A stretch of 60,365 nt of DNA from a virus (lineage: Duplodnaviria; Caudoviricetes). The notes under the pieces are model-generated. The model was not told the DNA's origin. It worked only from the letters and a program-made list of their open reading frames with translations, and ran no database searches. A program made the translations under genes and the position numbers. Each line of letters starts with the position of its first letter. Position 1 is the stretch's first letter. Positions 37,999 to 48,102 of this stretch are shown here, piece after piece. The DNA is taken from the IMG/VR virus record IMGVR_UViG_3300009786_000013, positions 1 through 60,365 of that record; one strand, written 5' to 3'.

Positions 37999-38550
37999 GT
38001 GGCTAAGAAGATGAAGATGAAGATGAAGCTGGAGCATGTGGGGGGTGCCTACGGCAAACCCCTCGCCAGGCGCGTCGATGCGAAGCTCCAGAAGTCGGAC
38101 CTCCAGCGGTTCGGTGAGCTCATGGTGAAGTATGTCGTCGAGGAGGCCCGCAAGTCGGGAGGGCGCTCGAGCTCCATTCCCAAGACGGAGAAGTTCTTCA
38201 AGTCGTTTTCTTACCAGATCAAGGGGTCCAGCACCGTCCAGATCACATCGACCTGGCCCTGGATCGACACCCTTGTGAAAGGGGCCGCCGACGGAGCCAG
38301 TGCAAAGGCGGGCAAACCTTTCCGCATGGAGTGGCTCACGAAGGAGGCGGGGGTCCACGCCGTCCCCATGGTCGATGAGCAGGGCCAAGTCATCATCCGC
38401 GCCGCCCCTCTCACGAAGGCCGATGCCTGGATCCATCCGGGAATCGCTCGGCACACGTTCATTCGCAGGGGTGTTGAGAAGGCCAAGGAGGAGTTTGCCA
38501 AGAGCTTCTGCAAGGAGATCCTCGAGTCTGCAATAGGGGGTCGCCGGTGA
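37999..38550 (+). CDS. Putative neck/tail-completion protein
   Basis: Basic; WIHPGIARHTFIRRGVEKA, HK97 gp10-like ending. Confidence 0.55.
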   Translation: MAKKMKMKMKLEHVGGAYGKPLARRVDAKLQKSDLQRFGELMVKYVVEEARKSGGRSSSIPKTEKFFKSFSYQIKGSSTVQITSTWPWIDTLVKGAADGASAKAGKPFRMEWLTKEAGVHAVPMVDEQGQVIIRAAPLTKADAWIHPGIARHTFIRRGVEKAKEEFAKSFCKEILESAIGGRR

Positions 38551-39227
38551 CCTCACGCGTTTCAAGGGTGCGGGTCACATGCCTGTGCGACAGCATAAGG
38601 CTCCCTGACCTCGGGATCACACTTCGGAGAGGGGATTCCCAGATCATGTCGGAGATGCAGGTCGAAGGATCAAAGGATGTCTCGAGGGCCGTCAGATCGA
38701 GGGCCGTCAAAATGACCGTGTTTCTCGGACCCCGCCGGATCCTTCCAAATAAGCCACCCAAATCCAAACCCATCAAGCCAACTCCCAAGCCCCATGTTGC
38801 GCCCCCAGTTGATGTGGCCGCCCTCTTGAGAGAGGCCGCCGCCGCCGCTCTGGACCCGCATGTGGCTGCCCTGTCGAGTCAAATCGACGCAGCCGCGGCC
38901 TCTGCTACCGACAAGGCTATGGGGAAGATCGTGGAGGTCCTCTCCCAAATGAAGGATCAGGTAGGTGCCGCACCCGCACCCCAACCCGTCGTGGATCCAG
39001 AGTGGTTGGAGGCGGTCGTACGCTCGGCACTCGCCAGCTCCGTGGTCCTTTCTACTGGACCCGCATCCGACGGTGACATGCCTATGTTCATACCTTCAGG
39101 CATGGCCGACGGCATCCAGGGGGATGTGGGGACGGTGGAGGAATCATCTACCGGATCCGGGGTGGATGAGGCTCGTGAGGCTCTGAAGGCCCTCCGGAAG
39201 AAGAAGCGGGATGCGACGGATGGGTAG
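38547..39227 (+). CDS. Hypothetical protein
   Basis: GTGA-coupled; Pro/Ala-rich linker. Confidence 0.6.
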   Translation: MTSRVSRVRVTCLCDSIRLPDLGITLRRGDSQIMSEMQVEGSKDVSRAVRSRAVKMTVFLGPRRILPNKPPKSKPIKPTPKPHVAPPVDVAALLREAAAAALDPHVAALSSQIDAAAASATDKAMGKIVEVLSQMKDQVGAAPAPQPVVDPEWLEAVVRSALASSVVLSTGPASDGDMPMFIPSGMADGIQGDVGTVEESSTGSGVDEAREALKALRKKKRDATDG

Positions 39228-39247
39228 GATCGAATCAGGAGGCACCC

Positions 39248-40288
39248 ATGTCTGAAAACGAAAAACCCAAGAAGAAAAGCCCGAAGGCCAAGCCACAGCT
39301 CGGTGTTGGACTTGATGTGGGGACCATGAACATCGTTTCGGCCCGCAAGGGTGCCGACGGCATCGGGACCAAGCGCGTCCGGGACGCCTTCTTGGATCTC
39401 CCCATCGAGAGCAAGAAGATGCTGAAACTGTCGGGCGTGTCCTATGCGGAACGCGACGACGAACTCCTCATCATCGGCGATGCAGCTCTTGAAACTGCCA
39501 ACGTGTTCGGTAGGGAGGCGCGCCGCCCACTGGCCGCAGGGCTTGTTTCCTCATCGGAGGTGGACGCCCTCGACGTCCTCGGTCTGCTTGTGCGGAACGT
39601 CCTCGGCGAACCCGCCACTGAAAACGAGGTCTGTTTCTTCTCCGTCCCAGCCAACCCCATCGACCAGCCGGACAAGGATGTCATCTACCACAAGGGTGTG
39701 TTCGAGAAGATCGTATCCGAGTGCGGTTATGACGCCCACGCCTCCAACGAGGCCATGGCCATCATCTTTGCGGAGACGGCCAAGGACGGTTTCTCCGGGG
39801 TTGCCCTCTCATTCGGGAGCGGCATGACCAACATCGCCCTGGCCGTGAACACCATCGAGGGGTTGAGCTTCTCGGTGGCCCGCGGTGGGGACTGGATTGA
39901 CCGAGGTGCCTCCAAGTCTATTGGATCCACGCAGGCACGCATCTGCGCCATCAAGGAGCAGGGCGTGGACCTGAACAACCCTGTTGGGCGGGAGCAGGAG
40001 GCCATCGTCTTCTACTACAAGAACCTGGTTGAGTATGCCCTCGACCAGATCGCCGACAGGTTCAAACTCATCCAGGGCCAGTTCGCATTACCCCGCGCCA
40101 TCCCCTTGGTGGTGTCCGGGGGTACAAGTCTTGCCACTGGGTTCGTGGATTTCTTCAAGGAGTGCTTCGAGCGGAAGCGCAAGAGGTTCCCCATCGAGAT
40201 CAGCGAGATCAGGCACGCCAGCGATCCAATGAACGCCGTGGCCTATGGGATGCTCGTACAAGCCATGCAGGAGTATGAAGATGAGTAG
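39248..40288 (+). CDS. Actin-like ATPase (MreB/FtsA-like)
   Basis: Phosphate-1 VGLDVGTMN, connect-1 NEAMA, phosphate-2 SFGSGMTN, RGGDWID, adenosine VVSGGTS, connect-2 DPMNAVAYG. Confidence 0.85.
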   Translation: MSENEKPKKKSPKAKPQLGVGLDVGTMNIVSARKGADGIGTKRVRDAFLDLPIESKKMLKLSGVSYAERDDELLIIGDAALETANVFGREARRPLAAGLVSSSEVDALDVLGLLVRNVLGEPATENEVCFFSVPANPIDQPDKDVIYHKGVFEKIVSECGYDAHASNEAMAIIFAETAKDGFSGVALSFGSGMTNIALAVNTIEGLSFSVARGGDWIDRGASKSIGSTQARICAIKEQGVDLNNPVGREQEAIVFYYKNLVEYALDQIADRFKLIQGQFALPRAIPLVVSGGTSLATGFVDFFKECFERKRKRFPIEISEIRHASDPMNAVAYGMLVQAMQEYEDE

Positions 40289-40643
40289 CAACAGTAAGAC
40301 CGACCTGGTCCTCGGCATCCTCGGGGATGTTCTTCCAACAGAGCCGGTCATCAAGCCGGAACCCGTTACCGAAGAACAGAGCCTTGGGGGTTTCATCGAG
40401 GGTGAGGCCGAGGGCGACCACGGCGGAATCTACGAGGGAGCCATGTGCCTCGGAGTCGAGCTCACGAACCAGACCGACCTCGGTGACGGGTTCGGAGTCG
40501 ACGGTGCGGGGGATTTCACAGCCGGCAAGCTCGTCTACTATGGCGGCGGCAAAGGCCGTCAATACCTTGGGGACATGGAGCAGATTCATGTAGTCCGCAA
40601 GGATGGAACCCTCACTATCACCGGCCTTATCAGGACGGAGTAG
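40281..40643 (+). CDS. Hypothetical protein
   Basis: Overlaps the actin-like gene stop; SD AGGAG. Confidence 0.6.
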   Translation: MSSNSKTDLVLGILGDVLPTEPVIKPEPVTEEQSLGGFIEGEAEGDHGGIYEGAMCLGVELTNQTDLGDGFGVDGAGDFTAGKLVYYGGGKGRQYLGDMEQIHVVRKDGTLTITGLIRTE

Positions 40644-40658
40644 CACCGTGGAGGGTTC

Positions 40659-41855
40659 GTGTACTACCAGCTCACAGAGGCACTGAAGCGGAGGTTCATC
40701 CTCGAGCTCCGTCGTATGTGGGCCGCACACCCGAAATACCAGGACCTCGTCGGGAACATCCAGGGTAAGTACACGTTCAAGGAGCGCCCTCAGTACGGCA
40801 TCATCGTGAAGACCTCGGGAGCTACGAAGGTGGAGCTCGCCGCCGACAACTTCATAGGGACCGTCCACAGTTATGCCTACCTGGCCCGTGTCGATTCCTT
40901 TCCCGGTCAGTCCATCGAGTGGATCCGGGAGCATACTCCCGCCATCCAGAAGAACGGGGGCCGCTTCCCCTCGCCAGCCGGGGTCTACTACATCGAGGTC
41001 ACCGAGTACGACCCCCAGCGGGGAATGGGCCAGTTCTGGGTGGACCGCCTCCTGGATGTTTGGAACGAGCCCGTCACGATGTCCTCTCCTTTGGAGGGCC
41101 GTCTTCAGAGGGTCCCCCTTCCTGGAACGCTGGCTCTCTATGAGGCTCCAAGCGGCACCCTCCTTCACGAGGGCGGTGCCTATGAATATGATTCGACCGA
41201 CGGCACCATCACACTGAAGAAAGCTCTCGGAAAGGGTTTGAGCCTTTCTGCAGACTACAGATTCCCGGCGGCATCCGTTGGTCCCTACGACTTTGCCGAC
41301 CTCCGTGCGAACATCGCCGCCATTCCGGGTGTAGTCCTCGCTTTCGGCCGTATGGCCTCAAAGGGTGATCGTGCTGCCGTGGTGGTGTCCCGGAGGCGAT
41401 CCCCCGTGGCCCTCGAGTACGGCGGCAAGTGGGAAGTGAGCCTCGACTTCGATGTGCTGTCCAGGGACCAGTATTCGCAGATGGAGATCTCCGACCGTAC
41501 GATCACATGGATCTACGGCGTCCTCCGTCCCCGTGTGTCCCACGAGGGTATCGAGATCTTGGATGTGTCGTTCGGAGGGGAGGCGGAGGAGATCTTCGAC
41601 GAGAACGCCGATGACTACTTCTACAATGCCTCATTCTCCGCAACCGTTCAGACGGATTGGGGGATCCAGGTTCCGCTAGGGCCCGAGCTCCGATCCATAT
41701 CTCCTGCATCTGCGGCGGATTCAAGAGCTGTGGAGGAGAACCCAGGGATGCAGGACGGTAAGATAAATCCTGTATCTCCGGGCGGGTTGGGGTTGCGGCC
41801 AGTGCGGGATCCGTTCTTCTCAGGACGGTCCAATACCTTCGAGGTGATCCGTTGA
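40659..41855 (+). CDS. Putative tail terminator/completion protein
   Basis: Upstream of the sheath; GGKWEVSLDFDVLSRD...EISD...YNASFSATVQTDW. Confidence 0.6.
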   Translation: MYYQLTEALKRRFILELRRMWAAHPKYQDLVGNIQGKYTFKERPQYGIIVKTSGATKVELAADNFIGTVHSYAYLARVDSFPGQSIEWIREHTPAIQKNGGRFPSPAGVYYIEVTEYDPQRGMGQFWVDRLLDVWNEPVTMSSPLEGRLQRVPLPGTLALYEAPSGTLLHEGGAYEYDSTDGTITLKKALGKGLSLSADYRFPAASVGPYDFADLRANIAAIPGVVLAFGRMASKGDRAAVVVSRRRSPVALEYGGKWEVSLDFDVLSRDQYSQMEISDRTITWIYGVLRPRVSHEGIEILDVSFGGEAEEIFDENADDYFYNASFSATVQTDWGIQVPLGPELRSISPASAADSRAVEENPGMQDGKINPVSPGGLGLRPVRDPFFSGRSNTFEVIR

Positions 41856-41865
41856 TCCGGCCTCT

Positions 41866-41897
41866 CGGTGGACCCCCTATACCCACCTGCAATCAGG
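41866..41897 (+). promoter_or_regulatory. Late promoter motif CGGT-N7-CTAT-N12-TCAGG
   Basis: Consensus copy overlapping the ORF-track GTG start. Confidence 0.55.
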
Positions 41898-41918
41898 GAC
41901 GAAGTAACGGAGGATGCT

Positions 41919-42404
41919 ATTCCACTCTACAGCTACCAATGTGAAGACTGCGGTCTACGGTTCGACAGGCGGATGTCCGCCTCAAGAGCTGGAGATGCCG
42001 TCGGGTGCAAGTGTGGGGAGCAGGCATCTAGGGTTGTTCCGGATTCAGTACAGACCACCTTCAACCCGAAGGGGGACGGTACGATCCAGCCACAGAACAC
42101 TGGTGTTTCGTCCTACGATGCCAATGTGGATCGTGTGATTGGAGAACATGCAAGAGGAAGCTGGGATGCAATAGCCCAGAGACATACCCGAAAGAGGGAG
42201 GTTCTTCGGAACAACCCTGGAAAGACGGGTTGGGATCTCGGTAGGACCTTGGACGGCGACTACCAACCCATGAAAACTGAGGAGAGAGGCGCCGCCGAGA
42301 TGGCGCGTGGGCTCCACGGTAAGGCTCTAGGGATGCTTGAGCGCCACAAAAAGAGGCGAAAGAAGGCGACTGACGCGGGTCAAGCTGCCAACCACCAGTC
42401 CTGA
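41919..42404 (+). CDS. FmdB-family zinc-ribbon protein (probable ATT start)
   Basis: (M)PLYSYQCEDC...CKCG; GGAGG 5 nt upstream of an in-frame ATT. Confidence 0.75.
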   Translation: MPLYSYQCEDCGLRFDRRMSASRAGDAVGCKCGEQASRVVPDSVQTTFNPKGDGTIQPQNTGVSSYDANVDRVIGEHARGSWDAIAQRHTRKREVLRNNPGKTGWDLGRTLDGDYQPMKTEERGAAEMARGLHGKALGMLERHKKRRKKATDAGQAANHQS

Positions 42405-42543
42405 AGGACTTGGATAGATGAACAGAAAGATAGAAATACCATCCGTGCTTACCCAACCCGCCCTCGAGGCGTGGAAAACACCGACAACGCACTAACCGCG
42501 AATCAGTTATTTCGGCCCGGAAGGGCCGCTAAGGAGACCCGTC

Positions 42544-45500
42544 ATGGCCTTTGATTTCAAGAACCCCTACGCCCCCCCAGGCATCTACACCGAAACCAAG
42601 TACGAGAACCCCCTCGCTGGGAACCTCTCGTCACTGAACATTCCGATGCTGATCGGTCCTGGCAACGAGATCCTCTCGCAGTCCGGTCTTGAAGTCGTTC
42701 GGGGCAGCTCCAGCACCATCGACCAGTCGGTCCCTACGGAGGATGTCACTGGAAGGGCAGTCCTCGACATCGCGGACAACGGAACCATCACCCTCGGTGC
42801 TTGGGATGGCGTTGCGATGAAGTGCCAGGTTCGCAACTTCCCCATCGTCACAGGCGATGGCTCTGGGACCTCGACCACGAAGGCAACCGATGTGGTCGCC
42901 TTCCTCAACGATACGCCCATCGTGGTGCTCTCCGTGGACGGGGTCAACGGAGTTGTTGAGCTGTCCACCGTTCCCGTAGCAGGGGACGAGGTCCGCATCA
43001 CCTACTTCTTCAACAGGACCGACACGGCCGCCACCGACGATGTGTCCGACCAGGTGTCCGCCGACGGTGCCCTCCTTCAAGGATCCGTGGGTGAGAACTT
43101 CACCATCACCGAAGACCTGGACGATGCATTCATCGTCTCCGTTGACGGGGCAGCTGCTACCACCATCACACTTCCTCCGGGTACGTGGGAGGCAGCGCAG
43201 ATCGCCGCATCCATCTCTGCCGCTGGGGAAGGGTCCCTTTCTGCGTCCACCTTTACGAACTACCTCGGGGATGTTTGCATTTCGTTGTCCGCCGACCTGT
43301 CCCTCTCGGTAGGGGCTGGCACCGCCAACGCCGCTCTCGGTTTCAACGCTGGAGCGGCCACCGCCCGGACGTCCACCTTCCATGTGTTTCAGGGACCCAT
43401 CGTGGATGGTTCCAACGGTGGCGTGACCACCACGACACCGTCCCATGTCACCGTCACCGTCAATGGTGCCGCTGCGGAGGTCGCCTCCGTTGACGGCGCA
43501 AACCGCGCTGTGACCCTCTCGGTTGCACCCGCCGTCGGATCCACCGTAGTGATCAACTACAAGTGGAACTCGTGGCAGGACACCTTTGACTACCTGGCCA
43601 ACATCGGCGTGCTGGAGGTGTCCACCTGTGGCATCACCACAGGTCGCTCTGATTATGTGCAGGGTGTCGACTTCGTTCTGAAGGACGACGCGCTTCTCTG
43701 GGGCACCGCAGCCATCGTTTCGGCGGTCTCCGCAACCGCGGGCACCGAGGAGTTTGGCACCGTTCAGATTTCGGCGGCCCTCGTTGACGCCAAGGCATAC
43801 CTCCAGTCGTGCCCCGCCGTGACGGATGCCGTCGGCGGATCGTCCAACACGAGTCGTACCGTGTTCAAGCTCCAGGCCGTTCCGACGACTGGCAACGGGC
43901 GGAACAGTCCCCTCGGGACCAGCTTGTTCCAGACGGTCAGCAACAGTCGCATCGACGTCCCCACCGACAGGCCCGATCTGGTGACGGCCTATTGGGGCTT
44001 CGGTGTACAGGATGCCCTCGTCCGGGGATCCGTTTCCGTTCTCAAGGTTGACTCGGCCTCTGCAGAGATCACTCTGGCCGACCCCATCCCTGTTGGAGCT
44101 TCGGTCTACGCCACCTTCTACTACAACACCCTGAAGGATGAGGAATACACCCTCACCTGCGAGTCGGCCGGGGGTTCCGGATCTGGAACCTATTCGGTAG
44201 CCGACTCCGACGGCAACGCGCTGTTCTCAACCGTGTTCGGCTCCCGTGGAGTCGGTCTGGCCGAGGATCCCGTGTTCCCGAGTGGTTCCGTCAAGATGCC
44301 CGATGCCCGCCACGAGGTGATCGGAGGGGATGCCTTCACTGGACCCCTCGAGGAGGATGTGACCGTCGAGTTCATCGACAAGTTCGCTACGCCTCCGAAG
44401 TGGACATACCCTGGACCGGGACCCTTCTGGTTCGCGTCAGGTACATCGGATGACCTCGAGCTCACCGTGGTCGGCAACGCCGTGACCTCGGACATGACCC
44501 TCGATCTCTCGAAGCCCTCCGGCTTCACCGGCGGTGGCGGCGCGTGCGCTTTCATCATCGGTTCCGAAGTCGCATACGACGACGCAGGTGCTTCCACACA
44601 CACCATCGCAACTGGAACGGACGACGGCATCCACATCAACGTGGATGGGGTCTCCCTGGATGCGACGGCTGGCGCTGGCGCCGACAACGTGTCTGCATAC
44701 GCTGATGCCCTCAACGCTGTGTCCGTGACCACGGCGGCAGAGTACACCTCTGCCGGCCGGTTCTCCGGGTGGGTCTGCGGTGCGGGTGATTACGACACCA
44801 TCACCTTCCACTGGACCGGATCGACCTCCGGTGTTTCCGGGCTCAAGGTGTGTACGATTGCCGCTGACACCTATGCCACCCCTGCGGATCTCGCTGCGGC
44901 GGTACAGACTGCGTTCACGACTCCCGCCGTACCATTCGGAGATGCCGACGATGCACCGGGCATCGCCGTGTCAGCCAACACCAAGGGCCAACTCGTGTTC
45001 GCCGTGACGACCTCGACCAATGACGTCACTGGCGGCGTGCTCGAGTTCATCGGGGATGGGAGTGCCACCGACTTCTGCGTACTCGCAGGAATCGACTGTG
45101 ACACAGACACCGCGCGCGGCCAGACCAAGATCCTGGCCGGTTCCCCCGTGGCGAAGCAGTACTCCATCGCGGGTGCTGGTGCCGAGTTGATGCACGACAG
45201 GCTTCTCCTTCGGAACCGGCTCCTGGCCGGTGGCAGCTCCATCCACCCTGAGTCCATCGAGGCTCAGGCATCGGTTGAGATCGTCTCCGGAAACGCGCTC
45301 GCCTTCCTCGGGATTGATTCGGGCACCATCGTGTATGCGAACTGCGATGCCGTCATTCGACCCGCCACCATGACCGCACAGACCGGCTGGTCCGGCGGGC
45401 AGAACGGCGGACAGCCCGTTGTGACCTTCTATGATGGGACGAACCCGAGCAACCCCGACAACACGACCCTCAAGTTCAACATCGACGGATACCCCGTCGA

Positions 45501-47451
45501 GGTCGGCTTCGGGGGGAATGGTGCCGGTGCTGATGTGGCTTTCGGTCCCGCTGTTGCGGGCAACGGATCGGTGATCGACCTGATCGCCACCGCCATCGCC
45601 GCTGTACATGACGACTATGCTGCCGCCGCAAACGTCATCACCGCTGGCCTGGTTTCGCAGGAGGGTGCGACGCTTCGCATCACAAGTGCGGCATCGGGTC
45701 CGAGCTCGTCGCTGTCGGTTTCCGACGGTACGGCCAACGGCGTCCTCGGGTTCACCAACAACTCGTCGGCGTCCCGGTCTTCGGTGACCACACAGGCGGC
45801 TGCCAATGCTGCCAACAGTCACGGTGCCGACATCGACTGGCTCCTGGCCTGGACCGGCGTGGTAGGCACCATTTCCGGGGTTGCTCTCGCTGATGCGGCA
45901 GTTGCCGCCGACGGCAAGGGGTACATCTACATTCAGGGCAACTTCACGGGCACAGCAGCGTCCGTGGCCGTGGATGAGGATGCAGCCACCAGCGCACTCC
46001 TTCCGGGTACGGGACTCCTTGCCGAGGACGGCGACGGAGCTGTGGGTGAGGCTGGAGTTTCCGGGTTCACTGTCACCTCCTCCGCTGCAAGCGGTTCGGG
46101 TTCGGCGGACACCTCGAGTCTCCAGACCACTGGTCTCGGACAGGATGGCGTGGTGGGGCAGACCTACCGCGACTCCATCACGGGTCTGTCGTTCACTGTT
46201 CTCCCCCTCGAGGGCGGGAACAACTACACGGACGGCGACACGGCCACCTTCACCCTCAAGGTGAGGGAGGCATCCACTTGTGATGCGAACATCCCCGTGA
46301 ACACCATCCCGGGCATCAGCCTTGTGGTGTCGAACACCGTTGGTGTTTCCGAAGCGGACACCGCTGCCATCGAATGCAACGAGCGTGGTGGGGCGGAGCC
46401 GGCCATCGGTGACATCTACTATGTCAGCTATGACTTCTCGAAGAGGGACTACTCTCCGAGGGTGTACACCAAGATGAGCTCAATCGAGCGCGCCTTTGGT
46501 CTGCCTGGAGCCGACAGTCCGACCGCCCTTGCGGCGTACCTCATGCTCCTCAATGGTGCATCCGCAGTCGGTGTCAAGCAGGTGAAGAAGGACGCGGGGT
46601 CCACCAATGCAGGTGTCGCCTCGTACACCAACGCCCTCGATGAGTTGGAGGGCCTCCTTCCGGGTCGCATCCGGCCGAGTGTGCTCGTCCCGCTCGTCCC
46701 CTACACCCTGGAGCTTGCCCAGTACCTCAGTGCTCACTGCGCTATCCAGTCGGACATCCGGCACCGGGCAGAGCGCACCGCAATCCTCGGCTTCCAGGCT
46801 GGGACTCAGCCTTCGGAGGCTGCGGACGCAGCCAAGAGTGTGGGCGATGCGAGGATCCGCCTCCTGTACCCCGACATGCTTACCGTCACTACGACGGACG
46901 CTGACGGACGGGATACCGAGCAGCTCATCGACGGTCGTTATCTGGCGGCCATGATGGCGGCGCGTTCATCCAGCCCCAACCGCGACCCAGCGTCCCCGTG
47001 GACGGGGACCAAGTTCGTTGGGACCAACGGGCTCTCCCGCATCCTGGATCCTGTCACCCAGAACCAGGTGGCTGCAGCCGGGGTCTCTGTCTGCGAGGAC
47101 AGGCCTCCGTTCATCAAGGTGCGGCACGGTCTGACCACGGACATGTCCAGCATCATGACGAAGACTCCGACGGTTGCCCAGATTGCGGATTTCGTCCAGC
47201 AGCAGTCCCGGGACACTCTGGAAGGGTTCATCGGCGTCAAGTTCCTGCCGCAGATTCTCACGCAGGTTGAGGGCAGGATCGCTACGATGTTCAAGACCAT
47301 GGTGCAGGGCCAGATTGTGGCGGGGTACACGGGCATCAAGGCAAGCCTCGACCCGAACGATCCAACTGCGGCCAAGGTTGAGGCGTTTTATCAGCCGGTC
47401 TTCCCGCTGCTCTACATCGTCCTGACCTTCAACATCAGGGCGTCGCTGTAG
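42544..47451 (+). CDS. Contractile tail sheath protein with large domain insertions
   Basis: N-terminal YAPPGIYTE; C-terminal sheath core (ERTAILG, RLLYPD, KVRHGLTT, YQPVFPLLYIVLTF). Confidence 0.9.
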   Translation: MAFDFKNPYAPPGIYTETKYENPLAGNLSSLNIPMLIGPGNEILSQSGLEVVRGSSSTIDQSVPTEDVTGRAVLDIADNGTITLGAWDGVAMKCQVRNFPIVTGDGSGTSTTKATDVVAFLNDTPIVVLSVDGVNGVVELSTVPVAGDEVRITYFFNRTDTAATDDVSDQVSADGALLQGSVGENFTITEDLDDAFIVSVDGAAATTITLPPGTWEAAQIAASISAAGEGSLSASTFTNYLGDVCISLSADLSLSVGAGTANAALGFNAGAATARTSTFHVFQGPIVDGSNGGVTTTTPSHVTVTVNGAAAEVASVDGANRAVTLSVAPAVGSTVVINYKWNSWQDTFDYLANIGVLEVSTCGITTGRSDYVQGVDFVLKDDALLWGTAAIVSAVSATAGTEEFGTVQISAALVDAKAYLQSCPAVTDAVGGSSNTSRTVFKLQAVPTTGNGRNSPLGTSLFQTVSNSRIDVPTDRPDLVTAYWGFGVQDALVRGSVSVLKVDSASAEITLADPIPVGASVYATFYYNTLKDEEYTLTCESAGGSGSGTYSVADSDGNALFSTVFGSRGVGLAEDPVFPSGSVKMPDARHEVIGGDAFTGPLEEDVTVEFIDKFATPPKWTYPGPGPFWFASGTSDDLELTVVGNAVTSDMTLDLSKPSGFTGGGGACAFIIGSEVAYDDAGASTHTIATGTDDGIHINVDGVSLDATAGAGADNVSAYADALNAVSVTTAAEYTSAGRFSGWVCGAGDYDTITFHWTGSTSGVSGLKVCTIAADTYATPADLAAAVQTAFTTPAVPFGDADDAPGIAVSANTKGQLVFAVTTSTNDVTGGVLEFIGDGSATDFCVLAGIDCDTDTARGQTKILAGSPVAKQYSIAGAGAELMHDRLLLRNRLLAGGSSIHPESIEAQASVEIVSGNALAFLGIDSGTIVYANCDAVIRPATMTAQTGWSGGQNGGQPVVTFYDGTNPSNPDNTTLKFNIDGYPVEVGFGGNGAGADVAFGPAVAGNGSVIDLIATAIAAVHDDYAAAANVITAGLVSQEGATLRITSAASGPSSSLSVSDGTANGVLGFTNNSSASRSSVTTQAAANAANSHGADIDWLLAWTGVVGTISGVALADAAVAADGKGYIYIQGNFTGTAASVAVDEDAATSALLPGTGLLAEDGDGAVGEAGVSGFTVTSSAASGSGSADTSSLQTTGLGQDGVVGQTYRDSITGLSFTVLPLEGGNNYTDGDTATFTLKVREASTCDANIPVNTIPGISLVVSNTVGVSEADTAAIECNERGGAEPAIGDIYYVSYDFSKRDYSPRVYTKMSSIERAFGLPGADSPTALAAYLMLLNGASAVGVKQVKKDAGSTNAGVASYTNALDELEGLLPGRIRPSVLVPLVPYTLELAQYLSAHCAIQSDIRHRAERTAILGFQAGTQPSEAADAAKSVGDARIRLLYPDMLTVTTTDADGRDTEQLIDGRYLAAMMAARSSSPNRDPASPWTGTKFVGTNGLSRILDPVTQNQVAAAGVSVCEDRPPFIKVRHGLTTDMSSIMTKTPTVAQIADFVQQQSRDTLEGFIGVKFLPQILTQVEGRIATMFKTMVQGQIVAGYTGIKASLDPNDPTAAKVEAFYQPVFPLLYIVLTFNIRASL

Positions 47452-47478
47452 GAGTTGGACTCTGAATAGGGGGTCCCG

Positions 47479-48102
47479 ATGGACTACAGAACCGTAGTAA
47501 GAAGCATGATCGACGAGCTCGCTGACACCCCTTCGGGGGTGCCAGCGGATTCCGTCCTCAACCACATGGTGGGGAGGGTTGCAGACATGCACGAGAACAA
47601 GACCGCTGCCGGCGTCTACAAGAGTGTAGAGAAAGCCTTCCACGAGGCCGTCGAGGACAGGGACGGATCCTTCGGGAAGTTCAAGTGGAAGGGCAAGCAG
47701 GTCACCAGCGTGGACGACGACGAGGGCTTCAACATCGACGTGGAGACTCCTGAGGAAGGCTCCATGGAGATGGAGATCAGTTTCTTCTGGGAGGACGACA
47801 CCGGCGAAGCCATAGAGAGATACGTCGAGAAGACCGTGCATCATGCACTGAAGGATCTCGATGTCGAGTTCGGCGACCGGGACCAGGACGACGTCTACGG
47901 GGAGATCCCCATCGGCTTCTTCGCTGACAACCCCGACCAGGAGTTCGCCTCCGACTTTGCACAGGTCTACGCCACCCCGAACGGGAGGGACAAGATCCTC
48001 AAGATCAAGGTCCGGGGAGCGCTCGGTAGAGGTGGCCTCCTGGAGTTCTGGATAGATGTCCAGATCCAGGTCGGCCTTGAAGTGGTCGTGGAGCCTATGT
48101 GA
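47479..48102 (+). CDS. Acidic hypothetical protein with RVA...KTA motif (putative head cargo)
   Basis: GRVADMHENKTAAG after an approximately 30-aa leader. Confidence 0.65.
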   Translation: MDYRTVVRSMIDELADTPSGVPADSVLNHMVGRVADMHENKTAAGVYKSVEKAFHEAVEDRDGSFGKFKWKGKQVTSVDDDEGFNIDVETPEEGSMEMEISFFWEDDTGEAIERYVEKTVHHALKDLDVEFGDRDQDDVYGEIPIGFFADNPDQEFASDFAQVYATPNGRDKILKIKVRGALGRGGLLEFWIDVQIQVGLEVVVEPM

